From: Eledone cirrhosa
Lineage: Eukaryota
Length of the DNA: 64,000 nucleotides
NCBI GenBank assembly: GCA_964016885.1
Contig: OZ024742.1
Coordinates: 240,312,001 to 240,376,000 of the forward strand
Direction of reading: 5' to 3'
Numbering within the stretch: the first letter of the stretch is position 1; each line of letters begins with the position of its first letter. The translations under genes and the position numbers were made by a program. Below, in pieces: positions 52,051 through 64,000 of the stretch. A model generated the notes under the pieces. It did not search any database. It saw nothing but the letters and a program-made list of their open reading frames with translations, and was not told where the DNA came from.

Positions 52051-53303
52051 TCATCACCATCTTCATTTAGCGTCCATCTTCCATGCTAGCATGGGTTAGA
52101 CGGGAGTTGTCCCACTTGAGGCAAGGTTGTTCGGGTGACCGTGTCGCGCTCATATAAATACAACTGGTTCTGATATAAGACTACCCATTTTAAAATGTTC
52201 ATACTTATATTGAAACCTTCCATCATAATTTTATATAAAGAAGATTTTTGTATGTGTGTGTGACCCTGGTTGCTTGGATCTAAGCAATGGCAATCAGGAG
52301 TGATAGTCTAAATTTAAAAAAAAAAGACGAGAGATTGTCCTAATTGTAGAGGACTCTCCTTATTAAGCCACTCCTGTAAAGTTTATGCTGTCTAGTAAAG
52401 AGATGTATGAATATTGTTGTCCAAACTAGCTGATGAACAGTATGGTTTATGCCTGGATGTAGCACAGCCAACCAAATATTCACACTGCAGCGGGTCTTTA
52501 AGAAATTGTGGGAGTATGCTCCTTTCATAGACCTTGAAAAGTCATACAACTGCATTTCACAAGATGTTGTGGAAAGTACTACATGAGTACAGGCAGCTTC
52601 TCATTTCCCTGAATTCTCTTTGAATTCCCTAGTATTTGTGTTCAGATAAATAATGCTAAGTCAAAACCATTCAAATTGGGTGTTTGACTCTACCAAGAGT
52701 GTATACTGTCCCTCTCCTGTTTATAATCTTCATGAACAGGATTGACATTCACAGCCAAGCTGGAAGTGGTATTAAATCTGGTGGAATTTGTAGGCAACAT
52801 GTTATTACTTATCTTATCAGAAGGTGATCTCCAACATGCACTGGATAGATTTGCTGCCAAGTGCTGTGAAGTTGGAGGTACTCGTCCTCTGAAGGAAGCC
52901 TGCACAGTGAACTCCACATGTGAGTGAGGTTACACTGAAGTAGATGAAGACATTTGAATACCTCAGGGCTGTTTCCATGAGTGATGGAAGGCAGAAGGCT
53001 GAATTAAGTGCAAGAGCTGGTGCAATAATAGCCAGCTTCAGCATTCGAGTTCAAAACCTGCTAAGGTGAACTTTCAATAGCTAAAGTACCAGTCTAGTCC
53101 TAAAATCGGTTTTCATTCTCAAATTTGCTGTGCTCAGACTTTGAGTGATAGACAGTCTAAGGTTTAAATCCCCAAGGCATCATGTCATGATGTATCTCTA
53201 CAACTCTATTAGGGGTTGTGTTCATGCATGCATGTTTATACATTAGTACTGTCATCTATATTATCCATGGTTTCTGACTGTAGTTCATCTTGTTTTGTTG
53301 CAG

Positions 53304-53361
53304 GATATACCGGGCGAAAAAAGAAGGAAAAGGAGAAGCTTGTGCTAAAGAAATTAGTGAT
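53304..53361 (+). CDS. C2CD5: C2CD5 exon, IYRAKKEGKGEACAKEISD
   Basis: tgcag/gtaag boundaries, phase 2 to 0. Aligns to human LCRLKKKAQAEANATAISN. Confidence 0.88.
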
Positions 53362-54042
53362 GTAAGAATCTGGTGTTTGTCATTCTTGTGTTTTCAGTGA
53401 TGTTTCAAAAAGAGGAAAACAACTGATTGTCAGATCAGACCAAGGAAACAATGTTTCCATTGGTCTTTTCATGGCTAATGTTATCTCTTGGTCACAGTTT
53501 CTGGCCTGACAGAAATAGCAACTTGAATTAAAGTATTGCTCAAGGAATCAATGTTTCCATTGGTATTTTCATGGCTGATGTTATCTATTGGTCATACTTC
53601 CTGGCCTGACAGAAATAGCAACTTGAACTAAAGAATTTTGTTTAAGAATAATGCGTCACCCAATCCAGGAATCAAACCCACGACTTTATATAAGACCCAT
53701 TTGTTAAGTTGTTACATATGCCATCTTAACCTTCTCAGCGCCTTATGTCGCCAATAGAGTAATCTCCCCTTAATACATAATGCAGGGTCAAGGGAAGCAA
53801 TTCATAAAAAAATTCAGCATGCTAAAGGTTAATAATTAAATAATTAATAATTTCAGTAAATCTCTCAGAATCCTTCATTAATTAATCAAAATATTATATA
53901 TAGACTGTGAAACTATATACTACATAGTTTTATCTTTCAAATCATCCTCTGTTATGTATGGACTGTAAAATTACATAGTTTTATCTTTCTATTCATTCTC
54001 CTTCTTTGTGATCTAATTTCAAACCTTTATATCTTCTTATAG

Positions 54043-54096
54043 TGTTTGCCATTTATGGAATATGAACTCCATAATCAACTTATAAATAAATTAAAG
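54043..54096 (+). CDS. C2CD5: C2CD5 exon, CLPFMEYELHNQLINKLK
   Basis: ttatag/gtgag boundaries. LPFMEYE.H.QL.NKLK is conserved. Confidence 0.94.
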
Positions 54097-54134
54097 GTGA
54101 GTTGAAGATTTCTCCTTTTTTTGTTGTTGTGTAA

Positions 54135-54465
54135 TCTCTCTCTCTCTCTCTCTCTCTCTCCCTCTTCGCTCTCTCTCTCCCTCTTCGCTCTCTCTCTCCC
54201 TCTTCGCTCTCTCTCTCTCCCTCTTCGCTCTCTCTCTCTCTCTCTTCGCTCTCTCTCTCTCCCTCTTCGCTCTCTCTCTCTCCCTCTTCGCTCTCCCTCT
54301 TCGCTCTCTCTCTCTTCGCTCTCTCTCTCTCTTCTCTTCGCTCGCTCTCTCTCTTCGCTCTCTCTCTCTCTTTTCTCTTTCTCTTCGCTTTCCTTCTCTC
54401 TTTCTCTTCTGTCCCTCTCTTTGCTCTCTTTCTCTTCTCTCCTGTCCCTCTCTTCTCTCTCTCTC
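54135..54465. repeat. (CT)n/(CTCTTCG) compound microsatellite just downstream of exon 54043-54096
   Basis: Direct inspection. Confidence 0.95.
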
Positions 54466-54969
54466 CAGCCACTTTACAGAGTATACAAATACTACAGTAT
54501 ATCTTCATCATCACAGTTTTCCAGACTTGCATAGGTTAGACAAGTTGTAACATTCTGTGGCTAGACCAGTCAGGTGACCACATCTTACTCATGGGTTCTT
54601 TTCTGGTATATTTCCTATGGCTAGATGCCCTTCCTAACCCCAACTACTTCATGGCACGTAACAGGTGTGTTTTATCATGTGACCACTACTACCACCTGAC
54701 AGAATGGGCTGGGTACTGTTTTATCATAGCACTACCACCACTACTACTTGATAGGGTGTGCTGGGTATTTTTTATTGTAGCACCAACTCTACCACTTTAC
54801 AGTGTGGGATTGGTGCATTTTATTGTGGAACTAGCACTACTACATTTCAACAATAAGGTCCTCAACCAACTTGGAGAGGTTCATCATCCATACACATCAC
54901 ATGTTCATACCATTCATGGTTTGTATATAGCTTTGCAGTGACCACTACCCTTTTTTTTTTGGTTTTCAG

Positions 54970-55044
54970 ATGCGTGGTATGAATGGTCTTTTTGGACTTG
55001 TTGTTCATATCACAGTTGGAGAAACTATGTTAGCTGGAATAGCA
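54970..55044 (+). CDS. C2CD5: C2CD5 exon, MRGMNGLFGLVVHITVGETMLAGIA
   Basis: ttcag/gtgag boundaries. Matches human KGMNALFGLRIQITVGENMLMGLA. Confidence 0.94.
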
Positions 55045-55485
55045 GTGAGTATCTTTGAAACTTCGTATTACATCAGTTCATCTATATATTAATTTGAACG
55101 ACTTCCGTTTGGCTGTCCATCTGTCACACAATGTGTGTTTAGGTTAATGTATGTTTGTATGAAAAGGAGGAAGGAAGGGAAAAAGCTACAGCAAAACAGC
55201 GACTGGCATTCCATTTGCTATGCTGTGTGTGAGTGTATGTGTTTGTGTGAATGTGTCTGTTGTGTGTCTGTGTTTGCGCATTTATATTTATATACTCATA
55301 CATATAAATGTATGCACATACACACACACACACACACATATATATATACACATACACATCAGCATGTTGAAAAAAATCCTAGTTCTTAAAATATTTGTGT
55401 TGTTGTCATTTGTTTTTATTTAGTTTGTTGTAGTTATTGTTTATGAGATCTTCTCATGTTACTTATCTTCATTGTTCTTTTTCAG

Positions 55486-55548
55486 ACAGCAACTGCTGCC
55501 TATCTGAATGCACTACCTGCTCCATCAGTTCCACGTATTTCTGGACAG
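55486..55548 (+). CDS. C2CD5: C2CD5 exon, TATAAYLNALPAPSVPRISGQ
   Basis: ttcag/gtaat boundaries, phase 0-0. Matches human SATGVYLAALPTPGGIQIAG. Confidence 0.9.
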
Positions 55549-56732
55549 GTAATAATTTTTCACACTCAATATTCTCTGCCTACCATAAAACACTGAGTGA
55601 ACACACAGGGACAACATTGGTATCATGATAGAATCAACACAGTACACTCTAATGTAGTTGATTGATAATCAAACAGCGACAATGAGACTTTTCAGTCTGG
55701 ACAAGCATGTGATAATTTCTTTAGTGCCATGATAAAATGTTCCAAGTACATTCTGTAAAGTGTCGGTGTGGGTGCTATGAAAAAATGCACTCAGTACACT
55801 CTCTAATGTGGTAGTGCTGGTGCGATAATAAAATGCACCCAGTACACTCTGTAATGTGTAGGTTTCACGAATAAACACATCTAGTATATTCTGTAAGATG
55901 GTTGACGTTAGGCAGGGTATTCAACCATAAAGACCATACCAAATATGGAATATATGAGCAAGGTCACTTTGACCCATCTGGTCTTGGACTGTAACAGCCT
56001 GTTCAAACTATGCCAGCATGGAAAGTGGATGTAAAATGATGATGAAATCTTTTATGTGGTATAATTTGTTGTAATACTATACTGGTTTCAGTCAATATAC
56101 TGTGGCCATGCTGGGGCTTTTTAGTCAATCATATTGACCCCAGTACTCATCTTTTCAAACCTGCTACTTATTTTATTGATCTCAATTTGTTGAATCGCTA
56201 AGTTATGGGACATAAACACAGTCTTAAGCATAAACATACACACATACACGTGTGTGTATATATATAGTCTGTGATGCTGAAACCAGGGAGATCACCCATG
56301 CAAACAGACAAAAACAATGATGATGATGATGATATATATATATATCATCATCGTTTAATGTCCATCTTCCACGACGTTAGCATGGGTTGGACGGTTTTGT
56401 TCTACTTGAGGTGAGATTGGTCGGGAGACCGTGTATCGCTCATAAAGAATGTCCCTGGCAGGTTTTCTGCGGCTGGATGCCCTTCCTAACACCAACCACA
56501 TTTACAGTGTGAACTGGGAGCCTTTTTACTGTGTGTAGAGAGAGAGGAGAGAAAGATACAATGTGTTTCTGCAGTTTCCAGAGAGTTGGGTGCCGTACAG
56601 TGGGACTGAACCCAGATCCATGTGGTTACAAGGTGAACTCCTATTCCAGTTAAAATGTTTTCATTTAATGGTATAAATCCTTCATAATATTTTCTTTAAA
56701 TCTTTGATGGGTTTATTTTTTTATTTTTGTAG

Positions 56733-56831
56733 GTGATGACAGCGAGTGATAATAATGATTTGGAGAAGCTACAGCAACGCCTAACCACCACTGTACAGAA
56801 CTTAAAAGAGCAATATGAAATATTTGTGCCT
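56733..56831 (+). CDS. C2CD5: C2CD5 exon, VMTASDNNDLEKLQQRLTTTVQNLKEQYEIFVP
   Basis: tgtag/gtatgt boundaries, phase 0-0. Aligns to human QKKINDTIAKNKELYEINP. Confidence 0.85.
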
Positions 56832-58509
56832 GTATGTCATACTGAGATTCTGACTCAGCCTACTTATAGTCTTTTATACACTAACTGAAAATACCACTTT
56901 ATCTCTCATCATAGATGTGTGGAGTATTGCTGAGAGAAAGATGAAAACAAACAATGAACTGCAGAGAATGATGGGAATAGAGCCAGTGATGGATGTTGTG
57001 AAGAGAATGGAATGAGATAGCTATGTCATGTGTTGAGGAAGGATGAAAGTGACTGAATGTGAGTGGAGTCAGTGATGAATGTTGTGAAGAGAATGGTATG
57101 AGATGTTTGGGACATGTGCTGAGAAAAGTTGAAAGTGACTGGGTAAGAGAAATGATGGGAATAGAACCAGTGATGAATGATGTAAAGGGAAATGGACTGA
57201 GATGGTTAGGTCATGTGTTAAGGAAGGAAAAAATACTGGGAGTTGAGTAATGGGAGTGAATTTAGGGGAAGAAGACCAAGAAAGACATGGCTAAGAATGA
57301 TGGAGGAGGAAATTAAAGCCAGGGCTTGGTGAAAAGGGAATGCAGCCAATCCAATAGGGTAAAGTGGAGCAGGGAAAATGGCCTAAAAATGCTTTTTGTT
57401 TTTTGCTCTCTTTCTCTCTCTCTGATGAAGAAGAATGTCAAATTCTTTCCTGCTTTTTCTTCTTTGGTAGATCTGGAGGAAGGGCCAGTGTTCATGACCT
57501 TTTCAAACCTCCAAGACTGGAGAGGGATTAATGTTGTTGATCGTCATCATCATTTAACATACTTTTTTCCATGCTAACATAGATAGGCTGTGTCTTCACA
57601 GACCAAGTTAACACTCAGTCAGATGGATCAGGGGTCACATCTTCTTTATCTACATTCCTACACTTTGCTAAGGGCACTGGGTGAATTTTATTGTCACCAC
57701 CATTATGGAGGTTGTCATACCATTGACACAACTGGTGAGTTCTCTCAACCCTATGTTTGGCAAGTTTTCTACGGCTGGATGCTCTTTCTAACCCCAATCA
57801 CTTTACAGGGTGTACTGAGTGTGTTTGTTGATGTTCCACTTAAACTGTTCAAAACAATTCCTGTGCGAAAGACATCAGCATGGAAGAAGTTCATGATGGC
57901 CGACATTCTGGAGAGGAAGGAATGGTGGTGTGGGAACTAAAGGTAGGGATGTTGGACACAAGATGGTGGAGAGATGAGTGAGTTGAGAATGGTCCAGTGG
58001 AAGTGGAATCAGCTAACCAACCATCTCCAAAGAGCAGAGATCATTGTATTAATTATAGAAATGGCAGAGAAGAGACAGCTTGTTTGTGGGCTAGAGGCTG
58101 TATCATTATCATCATCCTTGTCATCATCATTATCATCATCATTCTTGTCTTCATTATCATCATCATCATCATCATTATCATTATCATCATCATCATCATT
58201 ATTTTACGTCCACTTTTCCATTCATGCACAGGTTGGACAGGTCCTCTTCAGCAAGCCACATTCCACTCATAGCATTCCTTCATCACCACTGTAAAGTTCA
58301 TCATTTTGAGATCAGCTCTAACCACCTCTGCCTAAATCTTTCTTGATCTTCCTTCCATTAGCACTTCTTCACTCAGCGTTCCTCTTCCATCATCGACATC
58401 ATCACCGTTTAATATCTATTTTTCATGCTTGCATGGGTTAGATGGCTGTCAAATGCTAAGGCCAGACTAGTCAGGGGACAAGGTCCTGCTTGTATACTTG
58501 GGTTTGGTT

Positions 58510-58870
58510 TGGTTTGGTTTCTACAGCTGGATGCCCTTCCTAATGTCAACCACTTTACGTGTACTGAGAGCATGGTTTCTATGACTGGATTCCCTTTCTA
58601 GCACCAACTACTTCACAGCGTGTACTGGGAGCATGGTTTCTATGACTGAATGCCCTTCCTCGCACCAACCACTTCAAAGCGTGTACTGGGAAGTATGGTT
58701 TCTATGACTGGATGCCCTTCCTAGCACCAACCACTTTACAGTGTACTGGGAGCATTTTACCATGACTCCAACACTACCACCTTACAGGGTCAACTGAGTG
58801 CTTTTTATCATGACAGCAGCACTATCACCTTACAGGGTAGATGGGGTGCTTTTGTAGTGGCACCGGCACT
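58510..58870 (-). repeat. Tandem amplification (about 60-bp unit, about 4 copies) within an RTE 3'UTR
   Basis: Repeated GTGTACTGGGAGCATGGTTTCTATGACTGGATGCCCTTCCTAGCACCAACCACTT. Confidence 0.8.
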
Positions 58871-59010
58871 AAAGTAATCAGTGTATATAGTCATGCTGAG
58901 GGGAGGGGTATCATGGTGGTGCCTGTCTAAACAAACTGCATACAGATTTTCAAGCGGTAGTTTTCTTACTCTCTTGTTTATTTTTTTCTCCTTCTTTCCT
59001 TTCATTTCAG

Positions 59011-59127
59011 GAGGTTCTCCCAGGCCAGTCTAGTCTTCGTTGCCTGGCTGATAACACAGACGACAGCGATGAAGATCAGAGTGATTTAGAATTGTCATTT
59101 GGAAACAAAGATACATTTGTGTTAGAG
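59011..59127 (+). CDS. C2CD5: C2CD5 exon, EVLPGQSSLRCLADNTDDSDEDQSDLELSFGNKDTFVLE
   Basis: ttcag/gtaagt boundaries. LELSFGNKDTFVLE matches human LDLSHGKKDAFVLE. Confidence 0.92.
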
Positions 59128-59453
59128 GTAAGTAATGACTTGGGCTACTTTGGGAGCATTGTTAGTGGATATATATACCATATATATTCATGTCATCATC
59201 ATCATCGTTTATATCCATTTTTCCACACTAGTGTGGATTAGACCTGTTGTCCCGTAGTGAGACTAGCCAGATCAGATGACCGTGTCTTGCTCATACAGAA
59301 CTGATTTTGGCTGGATGCCTTTTCTAACGCCAACAACATTTACAGTGTGTATTGAGTGCTTTTAGTTGTGACACCTACAGGACCACTTTACAATGTGGAC
59401 TGGGCATGTTTTGTCGTGACGCCAACATGACCACTTTACAGTGTGGACTGGGT

Positions 59454-59572
59454 GCTTACGGCCATATCACGCTGAAAACACTGGTTTTCATCCGATCACC
59501 AAAGTTAAGCAACGTCGAGCCTAGTTAGTACTTAGATGGGTGAATGCTTAGGAAACATGGGTGCTGTAAGAA
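59454..59572 (+). pseudogene. Full-length 5S rRNA copy, probably a retroposed pseudogene
   Basis: GCTTACGGCCATATCACGCTGAAAACACTGGTTTTCATCCGATCACCAAAGTTAAGCAACGTCGAGCCTAGTTAGTACTTAGATGGGTGAATGCTTAGGAAACATGGGTGCTGTAAG, about 119 nt. Terminal stem CTTAC/GTAAG, box A-like AGTTAAGC, diverged box C. A single copy embedded in LINE tails. Confidence 0.92.
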
Positions 59573-60280
59573 TTTCCTTTTGCCTAACCCATGCTAGCGT
59601 GGAAGATAGACGTTAATTGATGATGATGATGATATATTCATGTATTTTTGGGGTTAAATTTATGAGGGTTGACTATTTTACATGGATACTATATTTGAAG
59701 GACTGAAATTCATATTCCACTCTAAAATACAGTATCAATAAGCAGAACTCTAAATGAATAAAAAGCAAAAACAATGGATTATAGTAATAATTGTTTCTAC
59801 ATTTGGCACAAGGCCAGCAATTCGATGGGAAAGTGAAAGTCGATTAAATCTATCCCAGTGCGTTACTGGTGCTTTATTTTATCAACCCCATTAAGATGAA
59901 AGGCAAAGCTAACCTCGACAGGATTTGAACTCAGAACGTAAAGGGTCATAACTCTGTTGCAAAGCATGTTGTCCGATGCTCTGCCGATTAGTGCAAATCC
60001 ACCGCCCTCATGGATTATAGTAATAGTACCAATGTTTCTATTCATTAATACATTTCCTCCTACCAAACATGATAAATGTTCCTGATAATGCCTTGATTCA
60101 CAGATGCTGGTCTGTTGTTAGTGCAGAATTGGGGTTGGCTTTTATGTGAGATACATAGAAAAATCCTAATTCTTTGGCAAAAAATAGGACTTTTACACAA
60201 GCTTATATAGTACACATTTATATTGTTATTGTTTAGCCCAGACCATCCCAGATTGAGCAGACCTGTGATCAAAGTCATTC

Positions 60281-60603
60281 CAGCCATGACCATCCCGTCT
60301 TTTTAGGGGTATGTAGGACTACATTATCCAATGTGCCCTTTCTTTTCTCAAATCTAAGGTGTTATTTGAAGGAAATTTGGCTGCTATTTCTAGCAAGTTG
60401 ACTGACCACATGGAAGCTCATTCACTTATTTATAGTTTTCAGCCATGACCATCCCATCTTTTTAGGGGTATGTAGGACTACATTATCCAATGTGCTGTTT
60501 CTTTTCTCAAAACTATAAGGTGTTATTTGATGGAAACTTGGTTGTTATTTCTAGCAAATCGACTGACCACATGAAAGCTCATTTACTTATTTGTAGTTTT
60601 CAG
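60281..60603. repeat. Direct tandem duplication, about 160 bp x2
   Basis: CAGCCATGACCATCCC.TCTTTTTAGGGGTATGTAGGACTACATTATCCAATGTG starts at 60281 and again at 60440. Confidence 0.85.
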
Positions 60604-61088
60604 AGGTGAAACTGTGATGTGCGGTTTCCTGCTAAACCTACATTTACAGATAAATATAAATATTCATGTCAGATAATAGTGCTGGTGTCATGATGAAAAG
60701 CACTCAGTCCACCTTGTAAGGTGGTAGTCCTGGGTCATGATAAAATGCACCCAATACATGCTCTAAGGTAGTTAACATTAGGAAGGGCATCCAGCTGTAG
60801 AAACTGAAATATATATATATATAGGCAGTGTATTTCTTTATAAATATGGTAACAAAAACGTTAACACTTAACGCATGAAATCACATTAGTAAGATATTCT
60901 TGAAAAGTACAGTGACTGTATCACACTCTTAAAAGTACTATGTCTACATTTCATTAAACATGTTTTTCTTTTTTTTTAATTTACTACAATTTTTCACAAT
61001 GATTTATCCACTAGTAAACATTTGAATTAACAAACCGATTTTTAGATATTTTCTGCAAAAAAATTACAGTATGTTAAGAGATAAGGTA

Positions 61089-61555
61089 CCGTATATAGTC
61101 GAATATAAGTCGACCCATCTCCTCCTATTTTGTGTCTGAGAAATAGGCAAAAATCCAAGCCCTGTTATTAAGCTGGTAATCAACACATTATGTTTAGAAG
61201 GCACAGTTTTGAAATCCTCATGAGGGGAGAATATATTTCTGAAGTTTTAATATTTTGATATTTAAAATGTTTTTTTTTTAATTTAAGATGTCAAGAGTAT
61301 AGTTTGTTTAACATAATGATTTTTTACCAATTTCCAAGGTCATAGTCATTCAAAACACACCAAAAACAATGGGAAATACAAATTTTATGTTGAATGTGAA
61401 ACCAGTGTAATATTAACCTCTAAAGTGAAACACCCCATTTACACAGAATTTTGGTGTTGGTGAAAATCAGCAAAATATTGACCTCGATTACAAGTCCACC
61501 CCTCTCTCTCCCATTTTACCATCAGTTTTCTCGGCTTATATATGAATATATACAG
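61089..61555. mobile_element. Tc1/mariner-pogo-type non-autonomous DNA transposon with TA TSD
   Basis: TA|CCGTATATAGTCGAATATAAGTCGA ... TCGGCTTATATATGAATATATACAG|TA. Confidence 0.75.
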
Positions 61556-61660
61556 TAATTTCATCAGTTTTTTTTTTGTCAGTTTGATGAAAAACAATAT
61601 TCTACTGCTGCCTCTCCTCTCAGCCATTCTATACACACTATTTAATTAATTTCTTATCAG

Positions 61661-61783
61661 GTTGATGACGCAAAAGATGAAACTGTATCCTTGATTTTAG
61701 ATGACTTCACAGCTCCAGAAGGATTTGAAATATGCAATACTGAAGTACTTCCAGGAGTAACCAACATTGTTTGTAATCTACAG
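61661..61783 (+). CDS. C2CD5: C2CD5 exon, VDDAKDETVSLILDDFTAPEGFEICNTEVLPGVTNIVCNLQ
   Basis: atcag/gtaaac boundaries. Matches human IDD...PSGFYSCNTEIMPGINN. Confidence 0.92.
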
Positions 61784-62728
61784 GTAAACTCAGAGTTCTT
61801 CTTCTTCAAACTATAAGGTGTGAAGCTTATTGGTTAGGGTGTTCAGTTCACAATTATAATGTTATGAGTTTGATTCCTGGTATTGCATTGTGTCCTTGAG
61901 CAAGACACTTTATTTTACATTGTTCCAGGACACTCAGCTGGAAAAATTGAGGTATACCTGTGGTTCAAAGAGCCAGTCTTGTGATAATAATAATGAAATT
62001 ATTGTGTACAGTATCACACTGAATCTCCCTTAGAAGTATGTTAAAAGTACACGTGTTATATCCAAAGATTTTACTACTGTAGCTTCAATGTGTAAAGGTG
62101 CAGGATTTATTGATTAGGGTATTTGACTCACAATCATAAGGACATGAGTTTGATTCCTGGCAAGGAACAGAACAGCCTGCACATGAAATTATCATGCATG
62201 AGCCTGAACATTCTACAGACACATCTACCCTTATAACATAGCTCCTATATTATAGTATTATCCCAAACATAAGGTAATTAGAATGAAAAAAAAAGTGGTC
62301 AGGTGAAAACCTCTACAAATATCTTTAAACAAAGGGGTCAAGTGAAAACCCATATAAATGTCTTTGGTGATTTATCAGTTTTCTTTTTGATTTATTGATC
62401 TTTTTATTCCACTATCAAAATATTCCATATTTAAACCGGCTGTATCCAGCCAGAATTATCTCACCTCTTCCTGCTCAAACTGGCCATAACTAGCTGCTCA
62501 TTCGGATGTTTTAAGGTATTGTTCTCAAAATAAATAATATGAAAATCTCATAGATTTGATATTATGTGAGGTAAAGCCTTTACCGTGAAAATATAATAGT
62601 ATATATAGAGTAATTTCAATGCTAAAGGGTTATTGGTTAGGGTGCTACACACTCACAGATGACTACAGTCTAATGATTGGCACCAGTAAAAAAAATAAAC
62701 TAAATATTCTCTTGTTTCTCCTCTTTAG

Positions 62729-62815
62729 ATGTTTACACATGTATGGCGAGGCAAATGTCAAAAGATACCTATGACTGTAAAGGACTTCTCTGATTTATTT
62801 AACCATTTGATTAGG
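62729..62815 (+). CDS. C2CD5: C2CD5 exon, MFTHVWRGKCQKIPMTVKDFSDLFNHLIR; the gene continues beyond the window
   Basis: tttag/gtaag boundaries, phase 0-0. Aligns to human MFTSVRV...NFNDLCENLLK. Confidence 0.88.
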
Positions 62816-63809
62816 GTAAGTTTATTTAACTCTGCATTTGATCATCTTCATCATTCACCCTTTCATTACCAAACTGCCTGAAACCTCCCCATGTTCTATG
62901 ATTGAGATAAATCTGTTTAGCATTTAAACTGGCCATATCTAGCCAGAATTTTCTCACCTCTTTCTTTTCAAACCGGCCATAACCGGCTGCTCATACTGAT
63001 GTTAAGGTGTTGCTCTCAAAATAAGTAACATCAAAATCTCGTAGATTCGATACTATGAGAGATATTTATGTAAGGTAAAGCCTTTACCACAAAAATACAA
63101 TAGTATATATAGAGTAATGTAAATGCTAAAGGGTTAAAGTATTTGCATTTATCAAAAAAAAATAATTTCCATCATAATTTTCCAAACACCAGTTTCATAA
63201 TGAGAAAATTAGTTATTTTACTAAATTCATTCAAATCCTTGATTGATTATTTTTTAAATTATGTGAAAAACATAGGTAGTGTTTTTCCTTAGAAATATGG
63301 TAATGAAAAGGGTTAGATGTTCTGAGGCTTGACCTGTCAAGTGACCACATCTTGCTTGTATGTTCTGTTTTTGGCTTGGTTTCTACGTGATACCCCTCCT
63401 AACACCAACCACTTTACAGCATGTACTGAGCACATTTTATTGCGATACTACAACTTTGCAAACCTACAAAGGCAGTGGTAAAAGTGAAGGTGTAAAATGC
63501 AGAATCTTGCTTACATATGTTCCCGCCCTCTACATTTTATCCTGACATCGGCACTAGGGAGGTTGTCATGTCTTTCTGACCCGTTATTTAACAAGTTACA
63601 TTCTAAACATCAGCTTAATAATGAAAAAGTTGGTTGTTTTACTAAATCCCTCCCAATTTTTTTATTATATTATTTTCAAAATTAATTGACATATATAATC
63701 AGTGTATTTCATTAGAAGTATGATCACAAAAAAGTTATATACATACAGAAGTTTGATCACAAAAAAGTTATATACATACAGAAGTTTGATCACAAAAAGG
63801 TTATATACA

Positions 63810-63960
63810 TCATCATCATCATCGTTTAACGTCCATCTTCCACGCTTGTATGGGTTTGGACGGGAGTTTTCCCACTTGAGGCAAGATTTGTTGTCCTGCT
63901 CGTATAGGACTGTCTGGCGGGTTTTCTACGGCTGGATGCCCTTCCTAACACCAACCACAT
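63810..63960 (-). mobile_element. RTE 3' tail, followed at 63967-64000 by a probable Helitron 3' end (minus strand)
   Basis: (CAT)n CGTTTAACGTCC..., the same tail as positions 1-150, then ACTAGCTGGCCCGTCCGGCTGG. Confidence 0.75.
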
Positions 63961-64000
63961 ATATATACTAGCTGGCCCGTCCGGCTGGCACCCGACTAGG

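Noticed and set aside
59454-59572. Functional 5S rRNA gene
   Set aside because: It is a single copy with no native upstream spacer, is embedded in LINE tails with a TSD, and has substitutions in box C and stems. Treated as a retrocopy.

Overview
Eukaryotic, AT-rich, repeat-dense genomic DNA. The SINE, RTE and microsatellite landscape looks like a coleoid cephalopod (octopus-like); this is an inference. The window lies inside one large plus-strand gene, an orthologue of C2CD5 (KIAA0528). I traced 15 phase-consistent GT-AG coding exons from 20827 to 62815, plus four candidate short symmetric exons. The N-terminal C2-domain exons and the C-terminal exons lie outside the window. Introns are filled with RTE-type LINE 3' fragments ending in (GAT)n, one CR1-like LINE fragment with an intact RT, tRNA-derived SINEs, several TTAA-flanked (piggyBac-like) MITE families, hAT, Tc1/mariner and Helitron non-autonomous elements, foldback hairpins and SINE-derived minisatellites. 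The most unusual structure is a TSD-flanked composite insertion (59182-59643): a full-length 5S rRNA copy between two oppositely oriented RTE 3' tails. All homology calls come from recall and reading by eye, not from database searches.
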